A stretch of 33,271 nt of DNA from Alphaproteobacteria bacterium (GCA_023259875.1 JALRFL010000082.1:1-33271); one strand, 5' to 3'; numbered from the stretch's first letter, positions 7,146-18,351 are shown. The notes: generated from the letters alone by a model not told the origin. Made by a program: numbers and translations.

Positions 7146-9128
7146 TTAAACCTCTTGTCTTCGGGCGGAATGGCCTAGCATAGTCATTATCCCCCCGATG
7201 ACCATCAGGCCTGCGCCACCCCAAATCCAAGTGATTAAGGGTTTTTGATAGATGTGAATGACAAAGCCTTGGTCTGCTGTGCCGCCACCAAAGACAAGGT
7301 ATGTATCCCCTAGAAACCCTGTCTGGATAGCGGCCTCGGTGGTTTGGCTTCGGGCAACGGGAAAGGTGCGAATCTCGCTGATGAACTCAGACTTCTCACC
7401 ATCAGAGGCGGTCTTGATCACGGTCGCGGCAGTGGCGGTATAGTTTGGCCCCATAACAGGGGCAACACGGGCAAGGGTGAATTGGGCATTGCCACTGATC
7501 ATATGGTCACCAATCTGAAGCCGTTTGATCACCTCATCATCAAAAAAACTCACCCCAGCGACACCAATCGTGAACACCGCCACCCCAAGATGCGCCAAGT
7601 TCATCCCAAGCCGAGGCAGGGGGATGCCTATTAACCGCCGCCATATGCCTGTGGGGTGCTGACGCCATAATCCCATCACCGCCATGATATCGGCGGCGAC
7701 GCCTGTCATCACCCATATCCCCAGACCAATAGTGGCAAGGGCAAAGGCATTGACGCGGCCAATCAGCATCAGGACGATTGCCAAAAGAACAGCAGTGATC
7801 ATCAGCATTGGCCAAATGTGCCGCCATAGTTTTGAACCGCTTGCCTGTTTCCACGCCAGTAATGGCGCAACAGGTAAGAACACCAACATCAGGCCAAGCA
7901 AAGGGCCGACACTTGCCTCAAAAAAAGGTGGGCCAACAGAAATGCGCGCGCCATTGATGGCCTCAATGACCAAGGGGTAAAGCGTTCCCGTGAGCACCGT
8001 TGCGGTTGTCACCACCAGCAAAAGATTATTCGCTTGAAGGGCGGTTTCGCGGCTGATCAGGGCAGGGGCTTCGGCAACGGTATCACGGCCTAGCATCCCG
8101 GCACGCATGGCATAAAGCATCAGCGGAATACCAACCGCAATCATGATAATAACAAGGATGACAATCCCTCTGGTCGGGTCATTGGCAAAGGCATGAACCG
8201 AGGTCAGCAAACCGGATCGCACGATAAAAGTACCAATCAGGCTCAGCCCAAACCCTAAAATAGCCAACAATACCGTCCAGCTATGAAAAAGATTGCGCTT
8301 TTCGACCACGCGTAACGAATGGATGAGGGCAGTGGCGACAAGCCATGGCATCAGTGAGGCATTTTCAACCGGATCCCAAAACCACCAACCGCCCCAGCCT
8401 AGCTCATAATAAGCCCACCAACTGCCAAGGGCGATGCCAGCGGTTAACGCCGCCCAAGCCAGCAAAACCCAGCGCCGCGCTAAAATAGCCCAGCGCGCAT
8501 CAGCGCGGCCTTCGATCAACGCGGCCACGGCGAAAGCAAAACCCACTGATAGACCAACATAGCCGAGATAAAGCATAGGCGGATGAAAAGCCAAGCCGGG
8601 GTCTTGCAGAATAGGATTAAGCCCATTGCCATCATCAGGCAGAGAGGTCAGCCGCAAAAAAGGATTTGAGGTAAACAGAATGAGACCAATAAAGGCAAGC
8701 GAGATCATGCCTTGGATTGATAACGCATAGGCCATGGTCGAACGGCCTTCCTCTATCCGGCGAAGCCGCGCCGCCATCAAAGCTCCAAAAAATGTTAGAA
8801 TCAGAACCCATAACAACAATGAGCCTTCGTGATTTCCCCAAACCCCTGAAAACTTATAAAGCAGGGGTTTAAGGGAATGTGAATGTGACGCCACCAGCGC
8901 AACGGAAAAATCAGACCGCAAAAAGGCCAGCGTCAGCATAGCAAAGCTGAACGCCACCAGAACAAAGGTCATGACCGCGGCCTGCCAGCCCAGCCGGATC
9001 ATTCCAGCAGATGACGATCTGGCGCCAGCAAATAACGCGAAAGCCTGTGTGATGGTCAGACCAAACGCTAAAGCAAGGGCAAAATGGCCAATTTCTGTCC
9101 CATGCGGCATTATTCCTGACCTTTCCAT
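7146..9128 (-). CDS. ccmF: Cytochrome c heme lyase subunit CcmF
   Basis: Polytopic membrane protein of 654-660 aa with the Trp-rich motif WGGWWFWDPVENAS. An alternative ATG at 9110 (MPHGTEIGHFAL...) would form a TAATG overlap with the ccmE stop and may be the true start. Confidence 0.93.
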   Translation of the reverse strand: MERSGIMPHGTEIGHFALALAFGLTITQAFALFAGARSSSAGMIRLGWQAAVMTFVLVAFSFAMLTLAFLRSDFSVALVASHSHSLKPLLYKFSGVWGNHEGSLLLWVLILTFFGALMAARLRRIEEGRSTMAYALSIQGMISLAFIGLILFTSNPFLRLTSLPDDGNGLNPILQDPGLAFHPPMLYLGYVGLSVGFAFAVAALIEGRADARWAILARRWVLLAWAALTAGIALGSWWAYYELGWGGWWFWDPVENASLMPWLVATALIHSLRVVEKRNLFHSWTVLLAILGFGLSLIGTFIVRSGLLTSVHAFANDPTRGIVILVIIMIAVGIPLMLYAMRAGMLGRDTVAEAPALISRETALQANNLLLVVTTATVLTGTLYPLVIEAINGARISVGPPFFEASVGPLLGLMLVFLPVAPLLAWKQASGSKLWRHIWPMLMITAVLLAIVLMLIGRVNAFALATIGLGIWVMTGVAADIMAVMGLWRQHPTGIWRRLIGIPLPRLGMNLAHLGVAVFTIGVAGVSFFDDEVIKRLQIGDHMISGNAQFTLARVAPVMGPNYTATAATVIKTASDGEKSEFISEIRTFPVARSQTTEAAIQTGFLGDTYLVFGGGTADQGFVIHIYQKPLITWIWGGAGLMVIGGIMTMLGHSARRQEV

Positions 9129-9559
9129 ACACCCTGTTCTTTGAGCAGATCAGCAACCTCGGCGGGCATATAGGTTTCATCATGTTTGGCCAACACGTTA
9201 TCAGCCCGAAACACATCTCCATCAAGACGGCCTTCGGTAATAACGCCTTGGCCTTCACGAAACAGATCGGGAAGAATACCTGAATAACGCACTTCAATAC
9301 TGGTGATCTGATCCGTTACTTGGAAACGGATGCCGTCAGGGTCTTTCTGGATGCTGTCTTCCACAACCAATCCCCCTAACCGAACAATCTGGCTATGTCC
9401 TGCCTTTGCCCGAATATCAGATGGCCCATAAAAAAAGACCACATGATCACGCAGGGCACTAAGCACTAGCATAGCGGCTAATCCTAACGCCGCTAGAATC
9501 AGCAAAATACCTATGCCGCGGCGCATCTTTGGGCTGAGATCAGTCAAGATGATCTCCAT
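9110..9559 (-). CDS. ccmE: Heme chaperone CcmE
   Basis: Has an N-terminal anchor (MRRGIGILLILAAL) and the heme-binding His context VLAKHDETYMP. The start is ambiguous, at 9559 or at ATG 9526. Confidence 0.9.
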   Translation of the reverse strand: MEIILTDLSPKMRRGIGILLILAALGLAAMLVLSALRDHVVFFYGPSDIRAKAGHSQIVRLGGLVVEDSIQKDPDGIRFQVTDQITSIEVRYSGILPDLFREGQGVITEGRLDGDVFRADNVLAKHDETYMPAEVADLLKEQGVWKGQE

Positions 9560-9722
9560 CAGTTTTGTCTGTGAGGTGGCGATTTAACTGCTCTTTGATC
9601 AGATACGAGCGGATAAGGCTGTGACAAGTGACCGCGATAAGTATCCCTGCCGCCACGCCCCAAGAAGACCAGATATAAAAACCATATCCACCCATGGCAA
9701 AAAATCCTAAATCGCTGCTCAT
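9540..9722 (-). CDS. ccmD: Heme exporter protein CcmD
   Basis: 60 aa single-TM protein (GYGFYIWSSWGVAAGILIAV). It has an ATGA overlap with the ccmC stop and lies in the canonical position between ccmC and ccmE. Confidence 0.8.
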   Translation of the reverse strand: MSSDLGFFAMGGYGFYIWSSWGVAAGILIAVTCHSLIRSYLIKEQLNRHLTDKTDGDHLD

Positions 9723-10456
9723 ACTTTGCCTCTTTGGGGGGACTGTTCTCTGATCTCAAGTACATTGAGCCGCCGTTGAGCAAGCAAGGTGTTCATTCGC
9801 AAAATCGATACACTGATAAACCAGCCAAGCATCGCAAGGGCCATGACCAATAACGGCAAGAGCATAGCCGGATCAATGCTAGGGCCGCCAAAGCGCAGAA
9901 CACTACTGCCTTGATGTAAGGTGTTCCACCAATCCACAGAAAACTTGATAATCGGCAGATTAATCACACCAACAACTAACAACAGGCTAGCAGGTTTGCT
10001 GCCGCGTTCAGGACGCTCAAACCCATCCGCAAGAGCAATATAGCCAAGATAAAGAAAAAATAAGATTAACATTGAGGTCAGCCGCGCATCCCATACCCAC
10101 CATGTTCCCCACATAGGCCGACCCCAGAACGATCCCGTCAACAGGGTAATCAGGGCAAAACTTGCCCCCGGAACCGCCATGGCACGCGCCCCAATATCGG
10201 CTAGCGGATGCCGCCAGACCAGATAGAATATCGCCGCTACCGCCATCGCTAGGTAGGCCAGCAATGCCATCCACGCTGCCGGAACATGAATATACATAAT
10301 CCGCACGGTTTCACCTTGCTGGTAATCCGCAGGCGAGGCAAAAAAGGCCAAATAAAGCCCATAAAGCAACGCCGCCACGGTTACCGCCACCGCCACAGGA
10401 AAAATGACGGCGGTGATCGCGCGAAAACGGGTTGGATTTGCTAAATAGTCAAACAT
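9719..10456 (-). CDS. ccmC: Heme exporter/handling protein CcmC
   Basis: 245 aa polytopic protein with the WWD motif (WGTWWVWDARLTS). There is an AAGGTGG SD upstream. Confidence 0.93.
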   Translation of the reverse strand: MFDYLANPTRFRAITAVIFPVAVAVTVAALLYGLYLAFFASPADYQQGETVRIMYIHVPAAWMALLAYLAMAVAAIFYLVWRHPLADIGARAMAVPGASFALITLLTGSFWGRPMWGTWWVWDARLTSMLILFFLYLGYIALADGFERPERGSKPASLLLVVGVINLPIIKFSVDWWNTLHQGSSVLRFGGPSIDPAMLLPLLVMALAMLGWFISVSILRMNTLLAQRRLNVLEIREQSPQRGKV

Positions 10457-10533
10457 ATCGCCACCTTAATGGATATACGCGCCAAGCGAAAGCCAGATGC
10501 GATGTCATGTCACAAGTGATTTTCATCCGCGTC

Positions 10534-11211
10534 TTATTCTTCGGCAAAGCGGATAGCCGCCGCGCTAACAGGCGGGGCTAACACCAACAGAATCAAGGTT
10601 AACGCCGCTAATAGCATCAGATGCCCTATCGCATCACCGCCAGTCAAAACCGCGGTAGTTGCCATCACGCCGAAAATTAATACCGGCATTGCTAGAGGCA
10701 GGACAATCAGGGCAATAAATACTCCGCTTCGTCTTGACCCCAATGTTAATCCTGCCGCCATAGACCCGATCAGCACAAGACAAAGTCCGCCAAGACCCAA
10801 GAACGCCACAATGGCCAATAACCCATTGATAGAAAGGCCCAGCATGACGGCCAGAACAGGCGCTGATAGAATCAGTGGTAAGATAATGATCACCCACGCC
10901 GCCAAGGCTTTTGCCAGCATCAGTAAGGGCATGGGCGCAGGGCTGACCAACATCTGTTCAAGCACCCCGTCTCTGGCCTCACGCGTGTAGAGGCGATCCA
11001 TTTGTGGCAAACTGGCCAGCATAACCGCAATCCAGATGATAGCCGGTGCAATCTGCGCCAGCAAAGCCTGATCAGGGCCTAGGCCAAGCGGCACCAAGGT
11101 AGTGATCATAACAAAAAACATAACCGATGCCAGCATATCCCCCGGATAACGGCAAGCTGCTCGCAGATCATGAACAAACAGCATCATGGGAATAGACAAG
11201 AGGGTGGTCAT
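10534..11211 (-). CDS. ccmB: Heme exporter permease CcmB
   Basis: 225 aa hydrophobic protein that overlaps the ccmA stop by 4 nt and lies in the canonical position. Confidence 0.88.
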   Translation of the reverse strand: MTTLLSIPMMLFVHDLRAACRYPGDMLASVMFFVMITTLVPLGLGPDQALLAQIAPAIIWIAVMLASLPQMDRLYTREARDGVLEQMLVSPAPMPLLMLAKALAAWVIIILPLILSAPVLAVMLGLSINGLLAIVAFLGLGGLCLVLIGSMAAGLTLGSRRSGVFIALIVLPLAMPVLIFGVMATTAVLTGGDAIGHLMLLAALTLILLVLAPPVSAAAIRFAEE

Positions 11212-11921
11212 GACCTGTCTTCCTTTTTGCCACTTTGGGTTTGACCCTTAAGCTGATCCAGATGAAGCGTTTGGTTGGCGGTAATTGGCATTGCGCCATG
11301 CCCACTGATCACCGCCGCGCCGCCAGATTCTAGATGATGGTTAAGCAGATGATTAAGGGTGCTGGCGGCATCATCATCTAAGGCGTTAAACGGCTCATCC
11401 ATAAGCCACAACCGATGCGGCTCAGCGGTGAATAGGGCTAGCCGAGCCAAGGCAAGCCGCCGTTGCTGACCGGCAGAAAGATGGCTTATCTGGCGTTTGG
11501 CTAAACCTGCCATCGCAAATGTTTCTAATGCCATCATAATATGATCCGCACTTGGCGCTAGTCCGGCCAAGCCTGCTGTCATGGCAAGCGCATGATAAGC
11601 ATCAAGGCTTTCGGCATTAGCGTTGCGATGACCAATCAGCACAAGCTGGCGCATCATGTTTGCATGATCGCTGGCGGCGCTGATACCATTGATTGCAAAA
11701 TCGCCATGATCTTGTGGGATTAATCCGGCTAACCCCCGAAGCAAGGTTGTCTTGCCACACCCATTAGGGCCCCGCAATAGCATCACTTGCCCTTGCTCAA
11801 GCTGGGCATTAAGGCCGGTGATCAGGGGATATCCCCCTCGGCTGATGGTAAGATCACGGATGATGAGTCGCGGTGCTGTCATAAACCCAAGCTCATAGGA
11901 TTGTGTTGCCCCCATCATCAC
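11208..11921 (-). CDS. ccmA: Heme exporter ATP-binding protein CcmA
   Basis: Has Walker A (GPNGCGKTT), the ABC signature (LSAGQQRR) and Walker B (LWLMDEP). The start is uncertain: GTG 11921, ATG 11918 or 11915, or ATG 11882 (MTAPRLIIRDL). Confidence 0.9.
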   Translation of the reverse strand: MMMGATQSYELGFMTAPRLIIRDLTISRGGYPLITGLNAQLEQGQVMLLRGPNGCGKTTLLRGLAGLIPQDHGDFAINGISAASDHANMMRQLVLIGHRNANAESLDAYHALAMTAGLAGLAPSADHIMMALETFAMAGLAKRQISHLSAGQQRRLALARLALFTAEPHRLWLMDEPFNALDDDAASTLNHLLNHHLESGGAAVISGHGAMPITANQTLHLDQLKGQTQSGKKEDRS

Positions 11922-12160
11922 GATTGTCAGACAGAGATCAAGTCACAATCCCCAAAACCTGTGGGAGGGGGCTTCTCAAGGGGAAATTGTTTGCTATAAT
12001 CATCCGCGACTGGTCCTCGTTCAAGGCGAGTGATGGGGCGCCCCCCGGCTAGCCAAAATGTTATGCTTTATGGGCTATGTGTCATCATCCAGATGCCGTG
12101 TGTAGATGGGCTTTGATGAAGGCATAGCAATCCGTTTATGCGAGCTATTAGGGGGTAATA

Positions 12161-14842
12161 ATGGCCAAAACCGCTACTAAATATCGTGAACAATCACGCC
12201 GCCAGCTTCGGGTGGGTGATAAGACTTATGATTTCTTTTCTATTGCCGCTCTGGCCGAGAAATTTCCTAACGTCAACAGCTTGCCGTTTTCTATTAAAGT
12301 GCTTTTAGAAAATCTGCTTCGTAACGAAGATGGGGATAGCGTCACAGCTGAGGCGATCGAAACTATGGCAAGGATGAGCTCTGACGCCGCTTCGGATCAA
12401 GAGATCGCCTATCGCCCTGCGCGTGTCTTGATGCAGGATTTCACTGGTGTGCCTGCGGTGGTAGATTTGGCGGCGATGCGTGATGCTATGGTTGCCATGG
12501 GTGGTGATGCCGACCGCATTAACCCCCTTTCCCCCGTTGATCTGGTCATTGACCATTCGGTGATGGTGGACCATTTCGGCAATGCTGATGCCTTTGCCCA
12601 GAATGTTGATCTGGAAATGCAACGAAATTTGGAACGCTATGTCTTTCTGCAATGGGGCAGTAAAGTGTTTAAGAACTTTCGCGTTGTTCCGCCGGGGACA
12701 GGAATTTGCCATCAGGTTAATGTGGAATATCTTGCCCAAGTGGTGTGGAGCAATGAACAAGACGGTGTGAGCGTTGCCTATCCCGATACTTGTGTCGGAA
12801 CCGATAGTCATACGACCATGGTTGGGGGGATGGCTGTACTAGGTTGGGGTGTTGGCGGCATTGAGGCAGAGGCCGCGATGTTAGGCCAGCCCATATCCAT
12901 GCTGGTGCCAGATGTCATTGGCCTGCGTTTGCGCGGCGATTTGAAAGAAGGCGTTACCGCAACCGATTTGGTGTTAAGGGTGACAGAATTGTTGCGGCAA
13001 AAAGGCGTGGTTGGAAAGTTTGTTGAGTTTTGCGGCGATGGTCTTGATCACCTGTCGCTGGCGGATCGGGCAACAATCGCCAATATGGCACCTGAATATG
13101 GCGCGACTTGCGGCTTTTTCCCTATTGATTCCGAAACGCTTAATTATCTGCGCTTAACCGCAAGGGATGAGGCTAATATCGCCCTAGTTGAGGCTTATGC
13201 CAAGGCGCAGGGGATGTGGCGTGAGCCGGGAATGGCAGAGCCGAACTTTACCGAGGTGTTGGAATTGGATTTATCCAGTATTGTCCCATCTCTGGCTGGG
13301 CCAAAACGCCCACAGGACAGGGTCGCCCTAACCGACGCGGCGGCATCTATTGCCAAAGCTATTGCAGATACAGGTCATGCTGAGCCAAAATCTGTTCCTG
13401 TCCCAAATCAGGATTATCATCTGACCGAAGGCGATGTGGCTATTGCCGCCATTACCTCATGCACCAATACCTCAAACCCATCGGTTCTGGTCGCCGCCGG
13501 TTTGGTGGCGCGCGCCGCCCGGCAACGCGGGCTTAAGGTTAAACCATGGGTGAAAACCTCTCTTGCCCCCGGCAGTCAGGTGGTGACGGATTATCTCAAC
13601 GCTGCTGGTCTTCAAGAAGATTTGGATGCGCTTGGATTTAATCTGGTGGGATATGGATGTACCACCTGCATTGGCAATTCTGGCCCTTTGCCTGCGGATA
13701 TCTCAAAGGCCATCAATGATCATGATTTGGTGGTGGCCTCTGTTCTTTCGGGGAACCGCAATTTTGAAGGTCGGGTCAGCCCGGATGTTATCGCGAATTA
13801 TCTGGCTAGCCCACCTTTGGTTGTTGCTTATGCGCTGGCTGGGAATATGCGGCTTGATATCACGCGTGATCCGCTTGGTGAGGATAGCAACGGCCAGCCT
13901 GTTTATCTCAAAGATATCTGGCCAGATAACGCCACCATCAAGCAAGTGATGGAAAGCTTTGTGACGCCAGAAATGTTTGCCAGCCGTTACAGCAATGTGT
14001 TCAAAGGCACTGAGGAATGGGCAAAAATCAAATCCCCATCCAGCCAAACCTTTGCATGGGATGGCGGTTCCACCTATGTGCGCAATCCCCCTTATTTTGA
14101 TGGCATGACCATGACCGTTGACCCTAATCGGGTGCAAAACATCACCGGGGCAAGGCTGCTGGCTAAATTAGGGGATTCGATCACAACGGATCATATTTCA
14201 CCAGCAGGCAGCATTCGCCGTGATGGGCCTGCTGGCGATTATCTCAACCATTATCAGGTGCGACCGGTGGATTTTAATTCCTATGGTTCTCGCCGCGGCA
14301 ATCATGAGATTATGATGCGTGGGACATTTGCCAATATTCGCCTGCGCAATGAACTTGCGCCGGGGACAACAGGCGGCGTGACGCGAATGCCTGATGGCAC
14401 GGAATTATCCATCTATGATGCCGCGATGCGATACGCTGAGGATGAAACGCCATTGCTGGTCATGGGCGGTAAGGAATATGGCACAGGGTCTAGCCGTGAC
14501 TGGGCGGCGAAGGGTACGGCCTTATTGGGGATCAAAGCGGTGATCGTGGAGAGCTTTGAGCGTATCCACCGTTCAAACCTGATTGGGATGGGGGTTCTGC
14601 CCTTGCAATTCCCTGAAGGGGTGAGCCATGAAAGCCTTAAGATCAAAGGTGATGAAATGTTTGATCTCACCGGCTTGGATCACGGGGTTAGCCCCAAGAT
14701 GACGGTAACCCTGACCATCCGCCGCGCTGATGGCAAAACGGACGAAGTGCCGCTGTTATGCCGGATTGATACCGAGGGTGAGGCCGAATATTACCGCCAT
14801 GGCGGCATTCTGCCTTATGTCTTACGGGGATTAGCGGCCTGA
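12161..14842 (+). CDS. acnA: Aconitate hydratase A
   Basis: 893 aa with typical AcnA/IRP-type blocks ([58 protein letters not shown]). There is a GGGGG SD upstream. Confidence 0.97.
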   Translation: MAKTATKYREQSRRQLRVGDKTYDFFSIAALAEKFPNVNSLPFSIKVLLENLLRNEDGDSVTAEAIETMARMSSDAASDQEIAYRPARVLMQDFTGVPAVVDLAAMRDAMVAMGGDADRINPLSPVDLVIDHSVMVDHFGNADAFAQNVDLEMQRNLERYVFLQWGSKVFKNFRVVPPGTGICHQVNVEYLAQVVWSNEQDGVSVAYPDTCVGTDSHTTMVGGMAVLGWGVGGIEAEAAMLGQPISMLVPDVIGLRLRGDLKEGVTATDLVLRVTELLRQKGVVGKFVEFCGDGLDHLSLADRATIANMAPEYGATCGFFPIDSETLNYLRLTARDEANIALVEAYAKAQGMWREPGMAEPNFTEVLELDLSSIVPSLAGPKRPQDRVALTDAAASIAKAIADTGHAEPKSVPVPNQDYHLTEGDVAIAAITSCTNTSNPSVLVAAGLVARAARQRGLKVKPWVKTSLAPGSQVVTDYLNAAGLQEDLDALGFNLVGYGCTTCIGNSGPLPADISKAINDHDLVVASVLSGNRNFEGRVSPDVIANYLASPPLVVAYALAGNMRLDITRDPLGEDSNGQPVYLKDIWPDNATIKQVMESFVTPEMFASRYSNVFKGTEEWAKIKSPSSQTFAWDGGSTYVRNPPYFDGMTMTVDPNRVQNITGARLLAKLGDSITTDHISPAGSIRRDGPAGDYLNHYQVRPVDFNSYGSRRGNHEIMMRGTFANIRLRNELAPGTTGGVTRMPDGTELSIYDAAMRYAEDETPLLVMGGKEYGTGSSRDWAAKGTALLGIKAVIVESFERIHRSNLIGMGVLPLQFPEGVSHESLKIKGDEMFDLTGLDHGVSPKMTVTLTIRRADGKTDEVPLLCRIDTEGEAEYYRHGGILPYVLRGLAA

Positions 14843-14864
14843 CGCTGATCGTGTGATGTGATAT

Positions 14865-14903
14865 TCCTTGCTTGCGGTGCTGGGCTAAGCATGGCAAGCA
14901 GGA
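14865..14903 (+). terminator. Stem-loop between acnA and the helicase gene: 10 bp with one bulge, an 18 nt loop and no T-tract
   Basis: TCCT(T)GCTTGC ... GCAAGCAGGA, read directly from the sequence. Terminator function is not established. Confidence 0.2.
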
Positions 14904-14930
14904 TATCAGATCAGTATTTGGAACACCGCC

Positions 14931-17540
14931 ATGTCATCCCGTCATCCTCCGCCTATTGCCATTTTGGGCCCGACGAATACGGGCAAGACGCATTACGCCA
15001 TGGAACGGATGTTTGGGCATGCGTCAGGTATGATTGGCTTTCCTTTGCGCCTGCTGGCACGCGAAAATTACGATCGGGCGGTGGCAAGGCTGGGGGCTGA
15101 CCGTGTTGCCTTAATCACGGGCGAAGAAAAGATTGTCCCTGAAAAAGCAAGTTATTTTCTCTGCACGGTTGAGGCGATGCCTATGGATCGCCGTGTGGCT
15201 TTTATGGCAATCGATGAAGTGCAATTGGCCGCTGATCCGGAACGCGGCCATGTGTTTACTGACCGCATCCTTCATGCGCGTGGATATGAAGAAACCCTGC
15301 TTTTGGGGGCGGAAACGATTCGCCGTGTGCTCGAAGCCTTGTTTCCAGAAATCGACATCCAGATTCGTCAGCGCTTCTCAAAGTTAAGCTGGTCAGGACA
15401 GAAAAAAGTCACGCGCTTGCCCCGCCGTTCCGCGGTGGTGGTATTCAGTATCGCCGAGGTCTATCAGCTTGCTGAATTGATCCGCCGGCAACGCGGCGGC
15501 ACGGCGGTTGTCATGGGGGCGTTAAGCCCACGCACTCGAAACGCGCAGGTGGAGATGTTTCAATCAGGTGAGGTCGATTATTTGGTTGCCACCGATGCAA
15601 TTGGTATGGGCTTGAACATGGATATTGATCATGTTGCGCTGGCAGGGGATACCAAATTTGATGGTCGGCGCCCGCGGCGGTTGACGGCGGCTGAACTTGC
15701 CCAGATTGCTGGCCGTGCCGGACGCCATACTAAAGATGGCAGTTTTGGGGTCACCGAGGGCTGTGAGGTCTTTGAAGATGAGGTTATTGCCGCGATTGAG
15801 GATCACCGATTCCCATTTCTAGGCGGGGTGTTTTGGCGCAATTCTGATTTGGATATGCGCTCTCCTGATCATCTCTTGCGAAGCCTTGAGGCGGCACCCA
15901 CCCATGCCATGCTGACACGCAAAGCGGATGCCGAAGATCACCAAACGCTTGTCAGTTTACTGGAAATGGATGATATCCGCGCCATGGCCTATGGTGAGGA
16001 AAAGGTGCGCTTGTTGTTTGAAATTGCGCAGATTCCTGATTTTCAGAAAAGCTTCACCGATAGCCATGTGCAAATGCTGGCGCGCATATATAGCCATCTG
16101 GCACAAGGCGAAACTTTACCCAAAGATTGGGTCGCTAGCCAGATTAGCCGCCTTGACCGCATTGATGGCGATATTGATACGGTGATGACACGGCTTGCCC
16201 ATATTCGCACATGGACTTATATTACACAGCGTTCCGCTTGGATTGATCATGATCAAACATGGCAGGATGAAGCCAGACAAATCGAAGATCGGCTTTCAGA
16301 CTGTTTGCATACCAATCTGACGCAACGCTTTGTAGATAGACGAGCCGCAAGGCTGTCACGACGTTTGAAGGATAATGATCACTTGGTATGTGCTGTTAGA
16401 TCAGATGGAACCGTTCTGGTGGAAGGGGAAGAAGTCGGCCAGCTAGATGGCTTTATCTTTACGCCTTCCCTGTCCCAAGGCGATATCGAAAAACCTATTA
16501 TTGCCGCTGCGCGTAAAGGGCTGGCGGATGAGATTCGCCGTCGCGCGCAGGCCTTGGCGGCGAGTGCGGATTTGGCCTTTCATCTCAACCCCAAGGGGCA
16601 GATCACTTGGCGCGAATCAGTTATTGGCCAGTTGGTGAAAGGGGCTAGTATTGATCAGCCGCGCGCAGAAGTGATGCCAAGCCAGTTGCTTGAAGGCGAT
16701 CAGTTGAAAATGGTTGCTGATCGGTTAAATCGTTTTGCCGCTGAAATGCCGCGCCAGAAACTAGAAAAGCTCTATCAACTGGTGAGTGATGACATGACAG
16801 GCGTGCCGCGCGGCATAGCATTCCAAATGTTTGAGGCGTTAGGGGTTTTGCCGCGCCGCAAAGTGATGGATATGATTCAAAAACTGGATGAAGAAGGCAA
16901 GCGGCAACTGGCGCGTGCCGGGGTGAGAATCGGCGTGGATATGCTTTATATGCCAGACCTTTTGAAGCCCTCACAAATTGACATTAGGGCCTTATTGTTC
17001 AGCCTTTTTCATGATGAGTTTCCCCCATCTGGCCCACCACCTGCGGGCAGGGTAGCAATAGATCATATTGACGGCGTCAGCGATGCCTATTGGCTAGCCA
17101 CAGGATATCGGCGGATTGGCGGCAGGGTGATGCGCGTGGACATGGCAGAACGCTTGGCGGCCGTGGTACGCGCGGCTAGCCGCGAAGGGGTTTTTCGAAT
17201 CAGTGAGGAAATGTTGTCTCTGGCTGGGGCAACGCGTGAACAAATGCAGGTTATGATTGAAGATTTCGGGTTCAAGAAAACAGGTGAAGACCCTTCAGAA
17301 GACCCAGAAAAGCCAGCTATTGCCCTTTTTGAAAGGCCTGCCAGACCAAAACCAGCCCGAAACGCTAACCATTCTGATCCAAAACAAAATGGCAGAGGGG
17401 CAAAATCACGGCCTAATAAACCCCAAGATTCTTCTAGCCGTAAAGGCAAGAAAAGCGGCCCTAAGGCCGACGCCCCTATTGACCCTAATTCCCCTTTTGC
17501 CGTGCTAGCACAGCTCAAATCACGCCAGCAAAGGCCATGA
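14931..17540 (+). CDS. Superfamily-2 ATP-dependent helicase, alphaproteobacterial SUV3-like, with a long basic disordered C-terminal tail
   Basis: 869 aa with Walker A (GPTNTGKTHYA), Walker B (AIDEVQ) and helicase C motifs (ATDAIGMGLN, QIAGRAGR). The last ~80 aa are rich in K, R, P and S. Confidence 0.85.
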   Translation: MSSRHPPPIAILGPTNTGKTHYAMERMFGHASGMIGFPLRLLARENYDRAVARLGADRVALITGEEKIVPEKASYFLCTVEAMPMDRRVAFMAIDEVQLAADPERGHVFTDRILHARGYEETLLLGAETIRRVLEALFPEIDIQIRQRFSKLSWSGQKKVTRLPRRSAVVVFSIAEVYQLAELIRRQRGGTAVVMGALSPRTRNAQVEMFQSGEVDYLVATDAIGMGLNMDIDHVALAGDTKFDGRRPRRLTAAELAQIAGRAGRHTKDGSFGVTEGCEVFEDEVIAAIEDHRFPFLGGVFWRNSDLDMRSPDHLLRSLEAAPTHAMLTRKADAEDHQTLVSLLEMDDIRAMAYGEEKVRLLFEIAQIPDFQKSFTDSHVQMLARIYSHLAQGETLPKDWVASQISRLDRIDGDIDTVMTRLAHIRTWTYITQRSAWIDHDQTWQDEARQIEDRLSDCLHTNLTQRFVDRRAARLSRRLKDNDHLVCAVRSDGTVLVEGEEVGQLDGFIFTPSLSQGDIEKPIIAAARKGLADEIRRRAQALAASADLAFHLNPKGQITWRESVIGQLVKGASIDQPRAEVMPSQLLEGDQLKMVADRLNRFAAEMPRQKLEKLYQLVSDDMTGVPRGIAFQMFEALGVLPRRKVMDMIQKLDEEGKRQLARAGVRIGVDMLYMPDLLKPSQIDIRALLFSLFHDEFPPSGPPPAGRVAIDHIDGVSDAYWLATGYRRIGGRVMRVDMAERLAAVVRAASREGVFRISEEMLSLAGATREQMQVMIEDFGFKKTGEDPSEDPEKPAIALFERPARPKPARNANHSDPKQNGRGAKSRPNKPQDSSSRKGKKSGPKADAPIDPNSPFAVLAQLKSRQQRP

Positions 17541-17944
17541 ATGAGACTGCTGAGAGCGAGACCGCCGCGCGTAATGGGCCAAGACTAGACAAATGGTTGT
17601 GGACGGCGCGGTTTTTTAAGACCCGATCCTTGGCAACTCAGCTGATCTCGGCTGGACGCTTACGGCTGGACGGAACGATTATGTCAAAACCCCACCGCCA
17701 AGCCCAGCGTGATATGGTGCTGACTTTTCCGCAAGGGGATCATATTCGTGTGATCCGTATTCTTGGCTTTTCTGAAAGGCGAGGGCCTGCGGTTGAGGCG
17801 GTGCAATTATATGAAGACCTTGCGCCCCCTGAACCCAGATCAAAAACCCAGAAAGATGAGGTAAACTCAAGCGTTACGCGCGCCCCTGGAAGCGGAAGGC
17901 CGACCAAAAAAGATCGCCGAGCGATTGATCGTCTGATGCGATGA
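17537..17944 (+). CDS. S4-domain RNA-binding protein (Hsp15/HslR-like)
   Basis: 135 aa with RLDKWLWTARFFKTRSLATQLISAGRLRLDG, typical of the Hsp15 S4 domain. Its start overlaps the helicase stop (ATGA). Confidence 0.8.
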   Translation: MNETAESETAARNGPRLDKWLWTARFFKTRSLATQLISAGRLRLDGTIMSKPHRQAQRDMVLTFPQGDHIRVIRILGFSERRGPAVEAVQLYEDLAPPEPRSKTQKDEVNSSVTRAPGSGRPTKKDRRAIDRLMR

Positions 17945-18009
17945 TTTGCCTATTGCCTCACCTGCCAGCTTTCGCTAAAACATCACCACACGAACTGGGA
18001 TGATGACTC

Positions 18010-18351
18010 ATGACTTATATCGTCAACGACAAATGTATTCGCTGCAAATATACCGATTGTGTTGAGGTATGCCCTGTTGATTGTTTCTATGAGGGGGAAA
18101 GCATGCTTGTGATTCACCCTGATGAATGTATTGATTGCGGTGTCTGCGAGCCAGAATGCCCACCTGAAGCGATTCTCCCCGACACAGATCAAGGGGCAGA
18201 AAAATGGTTGCAGTTCAACGCGGATAAATCCCTCGCTTGGCCAAATATTACCAGACGCAAGGATGCGCCGGCTGATGCTGATGATTTCCAAGATGTTGAA
18301 GGCAAGTTTGAAGCCTATTTTGTTGATCGCCCCGGCGAAGGCGATGTCTAG
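18010..18351 (+). CDS. fdxA: 7Fe ferredoxin ([3Fe-4S][4Fe-4S]), FdxA type
   Basis: 113 aa with the sequence [29 protein letters not shown] ... [12 protein letters not shown]. Confidence 0.93.
   Translation: MTYIVNDKCIRCKYTDCVEVCPVDCFYEGESMLVIHPDECIDCGVCEPECPPEAILPDTDQGAEKWLQFNADKSLAWPNITRRKDAPADADDFQDVEGKFEAYFVDRPGEGDV

Noticed and set aside
11922-12160. Divergent ccmA/acnA intergenic region, searched for an iron-responsive (Fur/Irr/RirA-type) operator. It contains a TATAAT at about 11993-11998.
   Set aside because: The TATAAT has no convincing -35 partner, and I could not recognise any palindromic operator. There is not enough evidence to annotate a regulatory site.
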